The notes beneath the pieces were generated by a model, which was not told where the DNA came from, did no database searches, and was given only the letters and a program-made list of their open reading frames with translations. The translations under genes were made by a program, and so were the position numbers. From positions 40,300,001 through 40,364,000 of the forward strand of contig OZ024752.1 of NCBI GenBank assembly GCA_964016885.1: a DNA stretch of 64,000 nucleotides, in the 5' to 3' direction. Below, one piece after another: positions 1-10,567 of this stretch. The first letter of the stretch is position 1; each line of letters begins with the position of its first letter. This DNA is from Eledone cirrhosa. Taxonomy: Eukaryota.

Positions 1-35
1 CGTTTAACGTCCGTGTTCCACGCTTGCATGGGTTT
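1..35 (-). mobile_element. 3' tail remnant of an RTE-dependent retroposon
   Basis: Reverse complement AAACCCATGCAAGCGTGGAACACGGACGTTAAACG matches the tail at ~16159-16193, which is followed by (TGA)n. Confidence 0.7.
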
Positions 36-57
36 GTATATATATATATATATATAC

Positions 58-177
58 AAGTTAATATAAATTAATATATATGATAAACACAAATACCAAC
101 ATATAAGTGTTTGTAAGTAAGACCCCGACGGCTGAGCTCAAGCCGTTTCGACGGCTAATTCTGTACTATATATAAAA

Positions 178-180
<3 letters not shown>
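58..180 (-). mobile_element. Probable Penelope-like terminal remnant carrying the 3' half of a hammerhead motif
   Basis: Minus strand reads GCCGTC-GAAA-CGGCT-TGAGCTC-AGCCG-TC-GGGGTC; flanked by (TA)n at 37-57 and 180-231. The CUGANGA half is absent. Confidence 0.45.
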
Positions 181-236
<56 letters not shown>

Positions 237-587
237 GTGACATGGAAATAATTGGTTTGGTGCCAAAGCACGTTGTTACCCCCCCCCCCCCCCCCCCGGT
301 CTTTGTTTGGATATCATATTCTAGGAGAAGGAAAACACTGATGTAAAAACCTGCAACTGAATAGCAGCCAATGTTATTGATCTGTTCTTCGTTTTTGGAT
401 ACCTATCATCATTGTTGAGAAAGTGTCATTGGTCCAGTGCATGGCCTTTCTGCACTTAAAAAAGCTTCAAGCACAGACATCACTTGATCTAAATGTCTTA
501 TATGTGTGTTGCATGAGCTTGCCTGGTCATAGCTGAAAAGGTTTTTTTTTTCTTTCTTTTTTCATTGCAGCCTTTATAGAAAAGAAT

Positions 588-692
588 ATTCATTCATTCA
601 TTCATTCATTCATCGACTACTGTCGAGATGACGGATCTCACTCTCATGCCCCAGAATCCAGGAACCCCCGGTGCAGTTAGTTGCGAAATCCA
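588..692 (-). mobile_element. Short LINE-type 3' end with (TGAA)n tail
   Basis: GC-richer ~80-bp segment ending in (ATTC)n on the + strand; family not recognised. Confidence 0.35.
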
Positions 693-894
693 TCATCTTT
701 TCAAATAGCTAATAATTCTTTCACATGTGGGTGCCACTACTACACACATGTGAAAGAATTTGACAGCCAAGTCTTGAAGAATATAAGTCCTTGACATAGC
801 TAAAAAGTCAAGTTCATGCCTCACACATGTGACAAAATTATCAAGTGATGATATTTCTTGAAAGCAAGATGCGGCCATCAAATATATATTCATT

Positions 895-1149
895 AATTGT
901 TTCTACTTTAGGCACAAGGCCAGCAATTACCCAGTGCATTACTGGTACTTTATTTTATCGACCCCCGTAAGGATGAAAGGCAAAGTCAACCTCGGCAGGA
1001 TTTGAACTCATAATTTGATTTAATAATAATAATCATTGTTTCTACTTTTGGCACAAGGCCAGCAATTACCCAGTGCATTACTGGTACTTTATTTTATCGA
1101 CCCCCGTAAGGATGAAAGGCAAAGTCAACCTCGGCGGGATTTGAACTCA
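895..1149 (-). mobile_element. Two adjacent 5'-truncated SINE-A copies (895-1010, 1035-1149)
   Basis: Each matches the SINE-A 3' two-thirds (TTGTTTCTACTTT.GGCACAAGGCC...GGATTTGAACTCA). Confidence 0.9.
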
Positions 1150-1170
1150 TTAATGTATTTGTTTTGCAAG

Positions 1171-1311
1171 ATTCTTGATGTGGAATCGTGTTTGGAAACA
1201 GATATTGTTATATTTGGGGATGATGATGTAGAAACCATTGAAATAGTACGGAATATATATAAGAATTATACAAGTTACAACTCAAGATTAATTCTTCTGC
1301 TCCCAAGATTG
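1171..1311 (+). CDS. Candidate 141-nt coding exon of an unidentified gene (unverified)
   Basis: Weak acceptor TTGTTTTGCAAG, open frame ILDVESCLETDIVIFGDDDVETIEIVRNIYKNYTSYNSRLILLLPRL, donor G|GTATTA. No recognisable domain. Confidence 0.25.
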
Positions 1312-1762
1312 GTATTAATAAAAGAGGAATGCTCGTGTTTTTCTTAATGTAGACATAGACATTTTCTTACAATGGTTACATTGTCGACAAGGTTCCAGTT
1401 TTCATTGCTGGGAACAGACAGTGTACCCCCCCAAAAAAAACCCTGTATATAGTTAATTAAGGATGCATCATCATAATCACTATTTTAACATCTACTTTCC
1501 CTGCAGGCCAGGGATCTATATCTTACTGATGTACTCCTTCCTATTGATATAACAATCTATACTCAACAATTTTCAGAAGCTAAAGTTTATTCTTATTTAT
1601 TGAACATAATGATATTTCTGTAAGTTTGTTTGTCCTGGTGTCTTACTGAGAATAAATTATGAAGGCAAATATTGTAAAGAAACTTTATACAATAGTAAGT
1701 TACCAACATGTTAGTGCATGTGTTTGGAAATATAGTGTTAAACTTACAAACAAACATATTTT

Positions 1763-1851
1763 ATTTGCCTTTCATCCTTACGGGGTCGATAAAATAAAGT
1801 ACCAATAATGTACTGGGTAATTGCTGGCCTTGTGCCAAAAGTAGAAACAAT
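1763..1851 (+). mobile_element. SINE-A 3' fragment
   Basis: TTTGCCTTTCATCCTTACGGGGTCGATAAAATAAAGTACC...GTAGAAACAATATT. Confidence 0.85.
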
Positions 1852-2176
1852 ATTTTCATCAATATATTTGCAATAAACATTAATATTATTTCCTTTTTTC
1901 GTATCACCCTCATCTTAGTCAATGGTGAATCTTGTAAGTCAGTATAAGATGACTGAACAATTTTACTCATCTTCTTCTAGAACTTCAGTATTTTTCTTTG
2001 TGGCAACTTGGTGTGTTTAGCTACCAGCCAAGGCTCTGCTGCCTGCCTGACCAAAAAGAGTAAACTGTCCAAGTATTGGCTGCTCTCTGATAGGTTTGTG
2101 GTAGAGACTGTAGCAGTGTAGACCAGGGGTTCTCAACCTGGTCCATGTGGATCACTAGTGGTCCACAGGAAAATTA

Positions 2177-2612
2177 AGGTGGTCCACAGAAAATTTTCAA
2201 TAGCAAATTCTTTTTTGATCCATGCATTTGACTTAAAGCGCTGTTCTTATTCTTAGCATAAGTACGACTTCAGCTGTTTAATTGCGTAGATTTTTAGGCA
2301 CTGCGACATGATAATAGCATTTTCTAATTCATTGAAAAAAAACATCTACTGATGCTTATAAGTAGCAGTTCTATTACAAAAGATTTAAAAGTTTAGGTGG
2401 TCCACAGAAAATTTTCAATAGCAAATTCTTTTTTGATCCATGCATTTGACTTAAAGCGCTGTTCTTATTCTTCGCATAAGTACGACTTCAGCTGTTTAAT
2501 TGCGTAGATTTTTAGGCACTGCGACATGATAATAGCATTTTCTAATTCATTGAAAAAAAACATCTACTAATGCTTATAAGTAGCAGTTCTATTACAAAAG
2601 ATTTAAAAGTTT
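2177..2612. repeat. 218-bp tandem duplication inside the hAT MITE
   Basis: 2177-2394 is nearly identical to 2395-2612; both start AGGTGGTCCACAG. Confidence 0.95.
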
Positions 2613-2613
2613 A

Positions 2614-3105
2614 GGTGGTCCACAGGAAAAAATTACTTATTTTGGTGGTCCACAGGAAAAAATTACTTATTTTGGTGGTCCACAGGAAAAAATTACTTAT
2701 TTTGGTGGTCCACAGGAAAAAATTACTTATTTTGGTGGTCCACAGGAAAAAATTACTTATTTTGGTGGTCCACAGGAAAAAATTACTTATTTTGGTGGTC
2801 CACAGGAAAAAAATACTTATTTTGGTGGTCCACAGGAAAAAATTACTTATTTTGGTGGTCCACAGGAAAAAATTACTTATTTTGGTGGTCCACAGGAAAA
2901 AATTACTTATTTTGGTGGTCCACAGGAAAAAATTACTTATTTTGGTGGTCCACAGGAAAAAATTACTTATTTTGGTGGTCCACAGGAAAAAATTACTTAT
3001 TTTGGTGGTCCACAGGAAAAAATTACTTATTTTGGTGGTCCACAGGAAAAAATTACTTATTTTGGTGGTCCACAGGAAAAAATTACTTATTTTGGTGGTC
3101 CACAG
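2614..3105. repeat. 30-bp minisatellite, 16 copies plus a partial (GGTGGTCCACAGGAAAAAATTACTTATTTT)
   Basis: Directly visible; explains the repetitive ORFs 2611-3207 and 2615-3136. Confidence 0.97.
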
Positions 3106-3397
3106 CGAAAAAAAAGGTCGAGAACCCCTGGTGTAGACTTCCGGAATTCTTGGCCCCCAGATCACATCCCTGCTCACTGTTATTGGAGCAGAGATGGCTG
3201 CCTGCATGTGCGAGCCCTGTGAGATGGAGTGGCTGCTCCAGCATGTCTCTCTCGTTGTCCTCTAGGATATAGCAATAATTGGGGGAAATATTTTGATGAT
3301 TTTCAACAACTTCAAATTCTACGTAAATAAGGTTTCAATTTTTGTCCATTTCTCAGACATAAAATAGTGAGGTTGGATTATATTCAAGAATACACAT

Positions 3398-3745
3398 GGA
3401 GGCACATGGCTTAGTGGTTAGAGCATTGGCCTTGCAATCAAAAGCTGGTGAGTTCAATTCTCAGACCGGGTGATGTGTTGTTTCCTTGAGCAAGACACTT
3501 TATTTCACATTGCTCCAGTTTACTCAGCTGTAGAAATGAGATGATAGGGACTGGGGTCCATATCATTCCACTGCAAAGTGGTCGTGGAGGTGCCACGGCA
3601 AAAAAGCACCCAGCACTCACTGTAAATGAGGTTGGTGTTAACAAGGGCATCCAGCTGTAGAAATCAAGCCAGAATCAGTTCCCGTCCCATCCTTGCAAGC
3701 AGGGGAAAGTGGACGTAAAATGATGATGATGATGATGATATGATG
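3398..3745 (+). mobile_element. SINE-B, full length (tRNA head, CORE-like body, RTE-type tail)
   Basis: A box TGGCTTAGTGG, B box GAGTTCAATTCT, CCTTGAGCAAGACACTT core-like segment, GGGCATCCAGCTGTAGAAA motif, tail GGACGTAAAA(TGA)n. Confidence 0.92.
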
Positions 3746-4324
3746 ACACAGTAATTGATAGTGATTGTAGGGCCTCATCGAAGTTGGATTGGTTTGGGTC
3801 CTGGTAGATGAACATAAGTTTAGAATTAGTACATGGTTGTTAACTGGGTCAAGTTTGTAAGGCGTTTAGGTTGGTTGTAGTTTCTATGTGTAATACTGGC
3901 TATGTGTGAGTTCCATGACAATTACATAATGGATTCATAGCTGATAATTTGACCTGAGAATTCAAGTTCTTTTGTTTTATGCACTAGGCCTTATAGTGTG
4001 GGGTGGAATTTCAAAATCTCATGGGATACCATGATAGAAAAGGGTTAAGAGCCACTGCTCTAAAGATTCTGCCAATCCAACACCCTATTGTCACTCTAAT
4101 AACAATGGCTGTAAAACTAAAAGCGTATTTTGTGTATTGGATTTACAGACTCTTCATCGATGGTGCATAAATTTCCTCTGTTTCTTATCACAATAAATTG
4201 ATCTCATATGGACAGCTGACAATAGAGCAGGTGTTCATTTTCTGGTCCCAAGCGACAATATCTTGTCAGTCTTGTTTTCATTTGGTTGCTGTTTTCATTT
4301 TTGAGTTCCACCAACATTGTTTTG

Positions 4325-4674
4325 TATGTATGTATATGTGTGTGTGTCTGTGGCTGTGTGTATATATATATATATATGTGTGTGTCTGTGTGTGTATGTG
4401 TGTGTATATATATATGTATATATATATATGTATATATATATATGTGTGTATGTATTTATGTATATAGGTATATGTGCATAAGTGTATGTTTGTATATGTG
4501 AATGTGTGTGTCTGTGTGTGTCTGTGTGTGTATGTGTGTGTATATATATATGTATATATATATATATATATGTGTATATGTATTTATGTATATAGGTATA
4601 TGTGCATAAGTGTATGTTTGTATATGTGAATGTGTGTGTGTATCTGTGTATATATATATATATGTGTGTATATA

Positions 4675-4713
<39 letters not shown>

Positions 4714-4790
4714 ATGTATTTATGTATACAGGTATATGTGCATAAGTGTATGTATATGTGAATGTGTGTGTGTATATGTGTTGTTTCTGT
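4325..4790. repeat. Compound (TG)n/(TA)n microsatellite with higher-order repeats
   Basis: Block GTATTTATGTATA.AGGTATATGTGCATAAGTGTATGT recurs three times. Confidence 0.9.
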
Positions 4791-5015
4791 ATGTGCATGT
4801 AGCAAAACCGTTAAACATAATATACATAACTCAATTAGAAAATACCAGTTGTAACATAATAAATATTATTATTTATTTACTTGTTACCATGGCAGGAGCA
4901 TTCAAGCTGTTTAGATATCACTATGACAACAATGATGTCATTCATGAGCATTTTTGAGCATTGTGCAACAATACACAAGGCCACATGAAGTTTTGTTAGT
5001 ATCAAAATATATAAT

Positions 5016-5197
5016 TGTTTCTACTTTAGGCACAAGGCCAGCAATTACCCAGTGCATTACTGGTACTTTATTTTATCGACCCCGTAAGGATGAAAGGCAA
5101 AGTCAACCTCGGCGGGATTTGAACTCAGATCGTAAAGGGACGTAACGATGCTGGAAAGCATGGCGTCCGACCCTCTACCGATACTGCCAATCCACCA
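5016..5197 (-). mobile_element. SINE-A, near full length
   Basis: A box TGGCAGTATCGG and B box GAGTTCAAATCC on the minus strand; 16-bp TSD TATCAAAATATATAAT at 5000-5015 and 5201-5216. Confidence 0.93.
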
Positions 5198-5341
5198 ATA
5201 TATCAAAATATATAATGAACTCAGTCAATAGTTTATGTAACCATTAGTTACACTCCATAAAGTGTAAATTTGTCTTCAACTATGTGGGTGGCTATCTCAC
5301 CTGAATATTTTCTGTTTTGTAAACTTCATTGTAATTTACTA

Positions 5342-5470
5342 TACAGAGTAACCTCGGTTCACGAACGTCCCTCATCAGGAATAAATCGGTTCACGAACAA
5401 TTTTTCCGAGCATAAAACGTCTCGGTTGACAAACAGTGTCTTGAGTAACAAACATGCAAGCCGGCAACAA
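5342..5470 (+). mobile_element. pogo/Tigger-type MITE left end
   Basis: TA + CAGAGTAACCTCGGTTCACGAAC with a repeated subterminal CGGTTCACGAAC; no matching right end seen. Confidence 0.5.
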
Positions 5471-6188
5471 CAGTTAGCGACAAGCTTGGAGTATTGGCAG
5501 GAAAGTGTGACTTGTTGTGTCATTAGGTACTATAGTGATATCTATCTGTCTTTCACACACAGTCTCTCTCTCTTTCTCTCTCAGACCAGCTGGTCGCCTA
5601 CTGGAAGTGCAACACTTTGCTGCATGCAAGCCACCTCTATCAGTAAACTCAGCTGAAAATGAGTACCAGCAATAGCTGGGGGTTTAACCCTGTGATGAAC
5701 TGGTGTTCTATCCAGCGGGAAGTTTTGTACTCTAAGTCGCTTCATGCCAGGGAAACAAGGATAAGCGTAAGCTTGAGACGAACAATTTTTCCGAGCATAA
5801 AACGTCTTGGTTGACAAACAGTGTCTTGAGTAACAAACATGCAAGCTGGCAACAACAGTTAGCGACACGCTTGGAGTATTGGCAAGAAAGCGTGACTTGT
5901 TGTGTCATTAGGTACTATAGTGATATCTATCTGTCTTTCACACACAGTCTCTCTCTCTCTCTCTCTCTCACTCTCTCTCTTTCTCTCTCAGACCAGCTGG
6001 TCGCCTACTGGAAGTGCAACACTTTGCTGCATGCAAGCCACCTCTATCAGTAGACTCAGCTGAAAATGAGTACCAGCAATAGCTGGGGGTTTAACCCTGT
6101 GATGAACTGGTGTTCTGTCCAGCGGGAAGTTTTGTACACTGAGTCGCTTCATGCCATGGAAACAAGGATAAGCGCTAAGCTTCAGACA
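5393..6188. repeat. ~385-bp tandem duplication
   Basis: ACGAACAATTTTTCCGAGCATAAAACG at 5393 and 5778; copies differ mainly in (CT)n length. Confidence 0.92.
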
Positions 6189-6339
6189 GACTTTAGGTGT
6201 GACATCACACGATTTATTATTTATTTCTCTGAATTATAGAAAATAATATCTATTTGAAACAACTAATTAGTCATTATCTAGTAATTTTACTTTACAAGGG
6301 AGAGAGTTTTCTTTAACATGTCCAATCATGTCTATATCA

Positions 6340-6341
6340 CT

Positions 6342-6403
<62 letters not shown>

Positions 6404-6436
6404 GATTATCATCATCATTATTATCATCATCATCAG
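6340..6436. repeat. (ATC)n microsatellite
   Basis: Directly visible. Confidence 0.95.
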
Positions 6437-6437
6437 T

Positions 6438-6628
6438 GGCGGTGGATTGGCAGTATCGGGAGAGGGTCGGACGCCATGCTTTCCAGCATAGAGTTACGTC
6501 CCTTTACGATCTGAGTTCAAATCCCCACCGAGGTTGACTTTGCCTTTCATCCTTACGGGGTCGATAAAATAAAGTACCAGTAATGCACTGGGTAATTGCT
6601 GGCCTTGTGCCTAAAGTAGAAACAATTA
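6438..6628 (+). mobile_element. SINE-A, full length
   Basis: GGCGGTGGATTGGCAGTATCGG...GAGTTCAAATCC...GTAGAAACAATTAT, inserted in (ATC/ATT)n. Confidence 0.93.
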
Positions 6629-6839
6629 TCATCATCATCATCATCATTGTCATTGACATCATCATCATCATAATTATCATCACCATTTTTATTATTCCTC
6701 ATCACATCTAAAGCTTTTGATAGAGTCAACCATATGATCCAACACTCTATGGAGTGCATTTTATTGTAGCACCAACGTTAGGGAAATTGTCATGACTTTG
6801 GCATAGCTGAAGAGTCTTTCTAGCCCTTAGAAATGGGTC

Positions 6840-7202
6840 AAGAAAAATAGATGAAAGGTTGGATGTGCAGTGTAAATGTGCGTGAACGACCCAGCTTAAA
6901 TGTGTTGAGAGAGAAACTGTGTCTGAGAGGGATAGAATGTAGTGTGCGAGAGAGGAGACTGAGGTGGTATGGACATGTGATGCGCATGGAGGATGACCGA
7001 TGGGTGAAGAAGTGCCAGGAATTGCCAGTTGAAGGAAGACGTGGTAGAGGTAGACCACGAAAAACATGGGCGGAGGTGGTGAGAACAGACCTCAGATCAT
7101 TGAAGCTCACGGTGGAGATGACGAAAGACCGTGATGAGTGGAGAGATGCTGTGCTGAATAAGACCCGTCCCACCCTTGCAAGCAGGGAAAAGCGGACGTA
7201 AA

Positions 7203-7232
<30 letters not shown>
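6840..7232 (+). mobile_element. 5'-truncated RTE-clade LINE with intact ORF C-terminus
   Basis: ORF 6851-7201 has RRLRWYGHVMRM and GRRGRGRPRKTW, typical RTE C-terminal motifs; (TGA)n tail. Confidence 0.92.
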
Positions 7233-7234
<2 letters not shown>

Positions 7235-7394
7235 AAGTTGGGTGACAGTATCTACATGACTTCAGCGGTGTGCAACTGCCTAACCATTGTGGCTCTTTCT
7301 ATGAAATATTGGAGCAGATTAGAGCACATTTAAAACAAAATTTTTGTAGAAAGAACAGGTTCCACTGATCAGGGGACCCATTTGCTTGATAACA

Positions 7395-7605
7395 ACTATT
7401 CCTTGGAGGGTCGTGGAGACAGATTCCCCAAGCACACCTTCCAGCAGATCCTGTCAAAAGCAACTGTTTTTAATTGATCCAGTTAAACCAGTCCAACTCA
7501 TGTATGTTATCTAAACGGTTTGCTCAGGATCTACCCCTGGGTCTCCGGCTGGTTGGTTTTGCCAATAAAATCTGTCCAGCAATTCCTTCCTGAAACATTC
7601 TAACC
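7395..7605 (-). mobile_element. Decayed RTE-clade 3' fragment (family of 34580-35290)
   Basis: Reverse complement resembles 34935-35270 (ACCAACCAGC..GAGACCCAGGGGTAGA; CTGCTGGAAGG.GTG; CACGACCCTC). Confidence 0.7.
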
Positions 7606-7800
7606 ATCATCATCATCATCATCACCGTTTTACGTCCGTTCTTCCACGCTAGCATGGGTTAGACGGGTTGTCCTGTTGTGGGCAGTGTCTGGTCGGCTGA
7701 CCATGCCTTGCTCATACAGGAACTGATCTGGCTTGATTTCTACAGCTAGATGCCCTTCCTAACACCAGCCTCATTTACAGGGAGTGCTGGGTGCTTTTTC
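7606..7800 (-). mobile_element. SINE-B-related retroposon 3' part with variant RTE tail
   Basis: (CAT)n, TTTTACGTCCGTTCTTCCACGCTAGCATGGG, then GATTTCTACAGCTAGATGCCCTTCCTAACACC. Confidence 0.75.
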
Positions 7801-8194
7801 GGATGTGCGTATTATTAGATATGTGATCTTTTAATTCACAGTTCTGAGATTCCTGGATAACAATGATAATCAACAGGTGTCAATGCTATTCATTTGACAT
7901 ATTTTTCTGTAACTTGTCTCCTTGATTAAACTGTAATGCTGTCATGTGTTAACTGAAGTTGGGTTTTTGGCTCCTGGAATGTTGTTAGGTGCTCACTGCT
8001 GGACAACATGGAACATCAACCCTCACATTCTATAGAGAGTTAGGGGTGCGCAAGGGTGATAATAGCCTGGGATTTATTCTGGGCATTGTCATGAACAATA
8101 TAGGCAGTCTCTTATAGTGGGCTTTCATGTCTGGGATTATGGAAACATTTCGAAGCCCCATAGTCTAGCAGTGCTACAGAGGAACATTGCTTAA

Positions 8195-8396
8195 CCCTAT
8201 ATAAACTGTTGTATTTTTGTGGTAAAGGCTTTATCTTAAATAATTATCTCACATAATATCAAATCTATGAGATTTTGATGTTATTTATTTTGAGAACAAT
8301 ACCTTAATGTCAGTAAGAGTTGCCAGTTATGGGCAGTTTGAATAGAAAGAGATGAAAGAATTCTGGCCGGATACAGCCGGTTTAAATGCTAAAGGG
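8195..8396 (+). mobile_element. TTAA-flanked (piggyBac-type) MITE, left TIR partly deleted
   Basis: TTAA-CCCT...AAATGCTAAAGGG-TTAA; homologous to 22000-22218 and 45852-46081. Confidence 0.75.
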
Positions 8397-8845
8397 TTAA
8401 CAGAACAAACTTTACAGGCATTTTGTTTGCTTTATAGTTCATCATTGTACACTCCCCAGCATCTTGAGCCATTATGTATCATAAAAATAAAACTCCTTGA
8501 TAATATCTATATTGAGAGAGGAGTGTTAAACAGTTTTCTAACCTCTTTCATTAAATAAAGACTTATAGAAATTCAAGCAAATCAATATGTGTGATACAAT
8601 ACCATTATTGACAACAGACAATTGATGAATATAAAAAGGAGGTCAGGGGTAGGTATTTCACTTACAGATATAAACATGTTAAGGGAAAACTTTCAAGTGT
8701 TGTGATTACATATCATGTCAGTTAGTGAACAAAGAAAGGCATAACACACGCACACAAAACATAAGCATACACATGAAAATCCACAATCACATGCACACAC
8801 ACTTTCACACATAAGTATATGTATATATGAGTATGCCCATAAATG

Positions 8846-8846
<1 letters not shown>

Positions 8847-8880
<34 letters not shown>

Positions 8881-9858
8881 AATTATTGTGTACAGTGCTC
8901 AAGTGCACTACAACTCGTCAAAGGTGCATGTATAGTACATAGAATAATATACAAATGTCAGGGAAGTGAATAGTGTATGAGTCATGATATAAATGTGTGT
9001 ATGTGTATGGAAGTGGAATATTAGGTGTAGTGTTGGCGAATCTCAGGAAGCATGGATGTTTTAAAGGATGCAGTGTCTCGACAGCTAACAACTGATGCAG
9101 GTAGTTTGTTCCATGCTTCAGCAACTCTGAAAAAATGTTTCCGAAAGTCATGGGAGCTCTGCTGTTTTCTGACTTCGTTGGCATGCCCACGTGCGTTAGA
9201 CACATGGAAATCAAAAAGGTACTCAGGGTTGTTGTTGGCAAGATGGTTAGTTGCCAGACGTCGGAGCTTCAATGTATTCATTCCCTGGGAAGCAAGGCGT
9301 TCAGAGTATGGTAGATGCCTGATGGAGGGTATTCGTTGGTTGGATGTCTCTGAACAGTTTCCAGGTGGTCAATGTTCTGAGCAAGATAGGGTTTCCAGAC
9401 TGGTGATGCAAATTCTAAGTGTGGCCACACCATAGCTATATACAGCTTTAAATAGATAGCTGGAGAGCGGCTGACAAAGGTCTTGCTGAGTGATGCTAAG
9501 ACACCCTCGGCCTTCTTGACAAATTTAGAGACGTGCCTCGTCCAACGCAAATCGCTGCTGACCGTAATGCCCAGACTTCTTGATATTAGTGTTGTGGAGG
9601 GAGTATGTGGACGGTGGGTTTTTATTCCAAAAATGCATGGTGGTACACTTGTCCACAGCTAGCTTGAGTTGCCAGTCTGTGATCCATTGTTGCATTGTGT
9701 CCAGGTCAAATTGCAGGCAAGATCTATAGTGTTCAGGATCAGTCCTTTTTATCTCAAGGTACAGCTTGATGTCATCTGCATCTTTCAGTACTGTGGCATT
9801 CTTTAAGTTGGCATCTATGTCATTAATATATGCCACAAACAAAAAGGGACCAAGAACA
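8847..9858 (-). mobile_element. 5'-truncated CR1-clade LINE (RT and 3' end), frameshifted
   Basis: VLGPFLFVAYINDI, DADDIKLY, PHLEFASPVWKPY, NARGH, RVAEAWNKLP; (ATT)n tail. Confidence 0.92.
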
Positions 9859-9967
9859 GTATGTACGTATGTGTGTGTATGTGTGTGTGTATGTATAGAT
9901 GGAAGAATGTATGCATGTGTACTCATATATATATATAAATATTTGATTATGTGTGTATGTGGATGTA

Positions 9968-10385
9968 GCATTAGGTCCCAAGTTCAATCCCATTGTGTGG
10001 CATCTCAAGCAAGTGTCATTTACCATAACATTAGGTTGACCCATGGCTTGTAGGTGAAACTGAATAAATGGAGACTGTTTGGAAGTCCCTATTGGACAAA
10101 CTGTACCTGTAATTCAAAGGGTCAACCTTGTCACACACTGTGTCATGCTAAATCTCCCTGAGAATTACATTAATGGTACACTTGTTTGTGGAATACTCAG
10201 CCTCTTACATTATTATACAAGATGGACTGAACCTATAATTCAAAGATCCAGCCTTCATACACACTGTGTCATGCTGAATCTCCCTGAGAATTACATTAAG
10301 GGTACAAATGTCTGTGTAATAAATGCTCAATATAGACATTAATTTCACAAGCAGACTGCGCAAAAGATCAAATGCTCTTCATTGA
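9968..10385 (+). mobile_element. Old SINE-like dispersed repeat with internal ~135-bp duplication
   Basis: B-box-like AGTTCAATCCC; TAATTCAAAG...CACACTGTGTCATGCT.AATCTCCCTGAGAATTACATTAA.GGTACA occurs twice. Confidence 0.55.
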
Positions 10386-10567
10386 AACCGGCAGGGGTCT
10401 ATCATGTGTGGTGTATATGTGTATGGGGAACATGTGTGCGGGGTGTTGTGGTCTGGATAGAGTTTGTGGGGAGTGTGTTTATGTATGTATGTGTGTGAAC
10501 ATGTATGTGTGTGTGAGTATGTATGTATGTATGTGTGTATGCATGTATGTGTGTATCAATCAATAAT

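Larger units (their letters stand above)
2124..3130. mobile_element. Non-autonomous hAT (Charlie-like) DNA transposon
   Basis: TIRs CAGGGGTTCTCAACCT / AGGTCGAGAACCCCTG (15/16 match); exact 8-bp TSD GTGTAGAC at 2116-2123 and 3131-3138. Confidence 0.92.
1981..3285 (+). mobile_element. Decayed CRE-clade non-LTR retrotransposon C-terminus (RLE region), split by a hAT MITE
   Basis: Joining 2020-2123 to 3139-3265 gives ATSQGSAACLTKKSKLSKYWLLSDRFVVETVAV*TSGILGPQITSLLTVIGAEMAACMCEPCEMEWLLQHVSLVVL, matching the CRE pattern K..KY...F.P.AVET.G..G...LFQR.S.A..RGN. Confidence 0.7.

Noticed and set aside
2611-3207. Long repetitive ORFs on both strands
   Set aside because: Translations of the 30-bp array inside a hAT MITE.
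3398-3470. tRNA-like sequences at SINE heads
   Set aside because: A and B boxes are present but run into SINE bodies; no complete cloverleaf with acceptor stem, so not called as tRNA genes.
3438-3650. Recurrent ~70-79-aa ORF MPFLTPTSFTVSAGCFF... (also 12354, 17138, 22417, 41848, 46511, 50628-51211)
   Set aside because: Antisense frame of SINE-B; recurrence reflects SINE copy number, not a gene family.
4198-4957. Cys/Val/Tyr/Ile- and His/Thr-rich ORFs (also 18167-18705 and 18966-19905)
   Set aside because: Microsatellite translations.
5355-5385. CTGATGA on the minus strand
   Set aside because: No helix II, and GAAC instead of GAAA; lies in a pogo-type MITE end.
6800-6845. CTGAAGA...GAAA
   Set aside because: Helix II does not close next to the core and no helix I is present.
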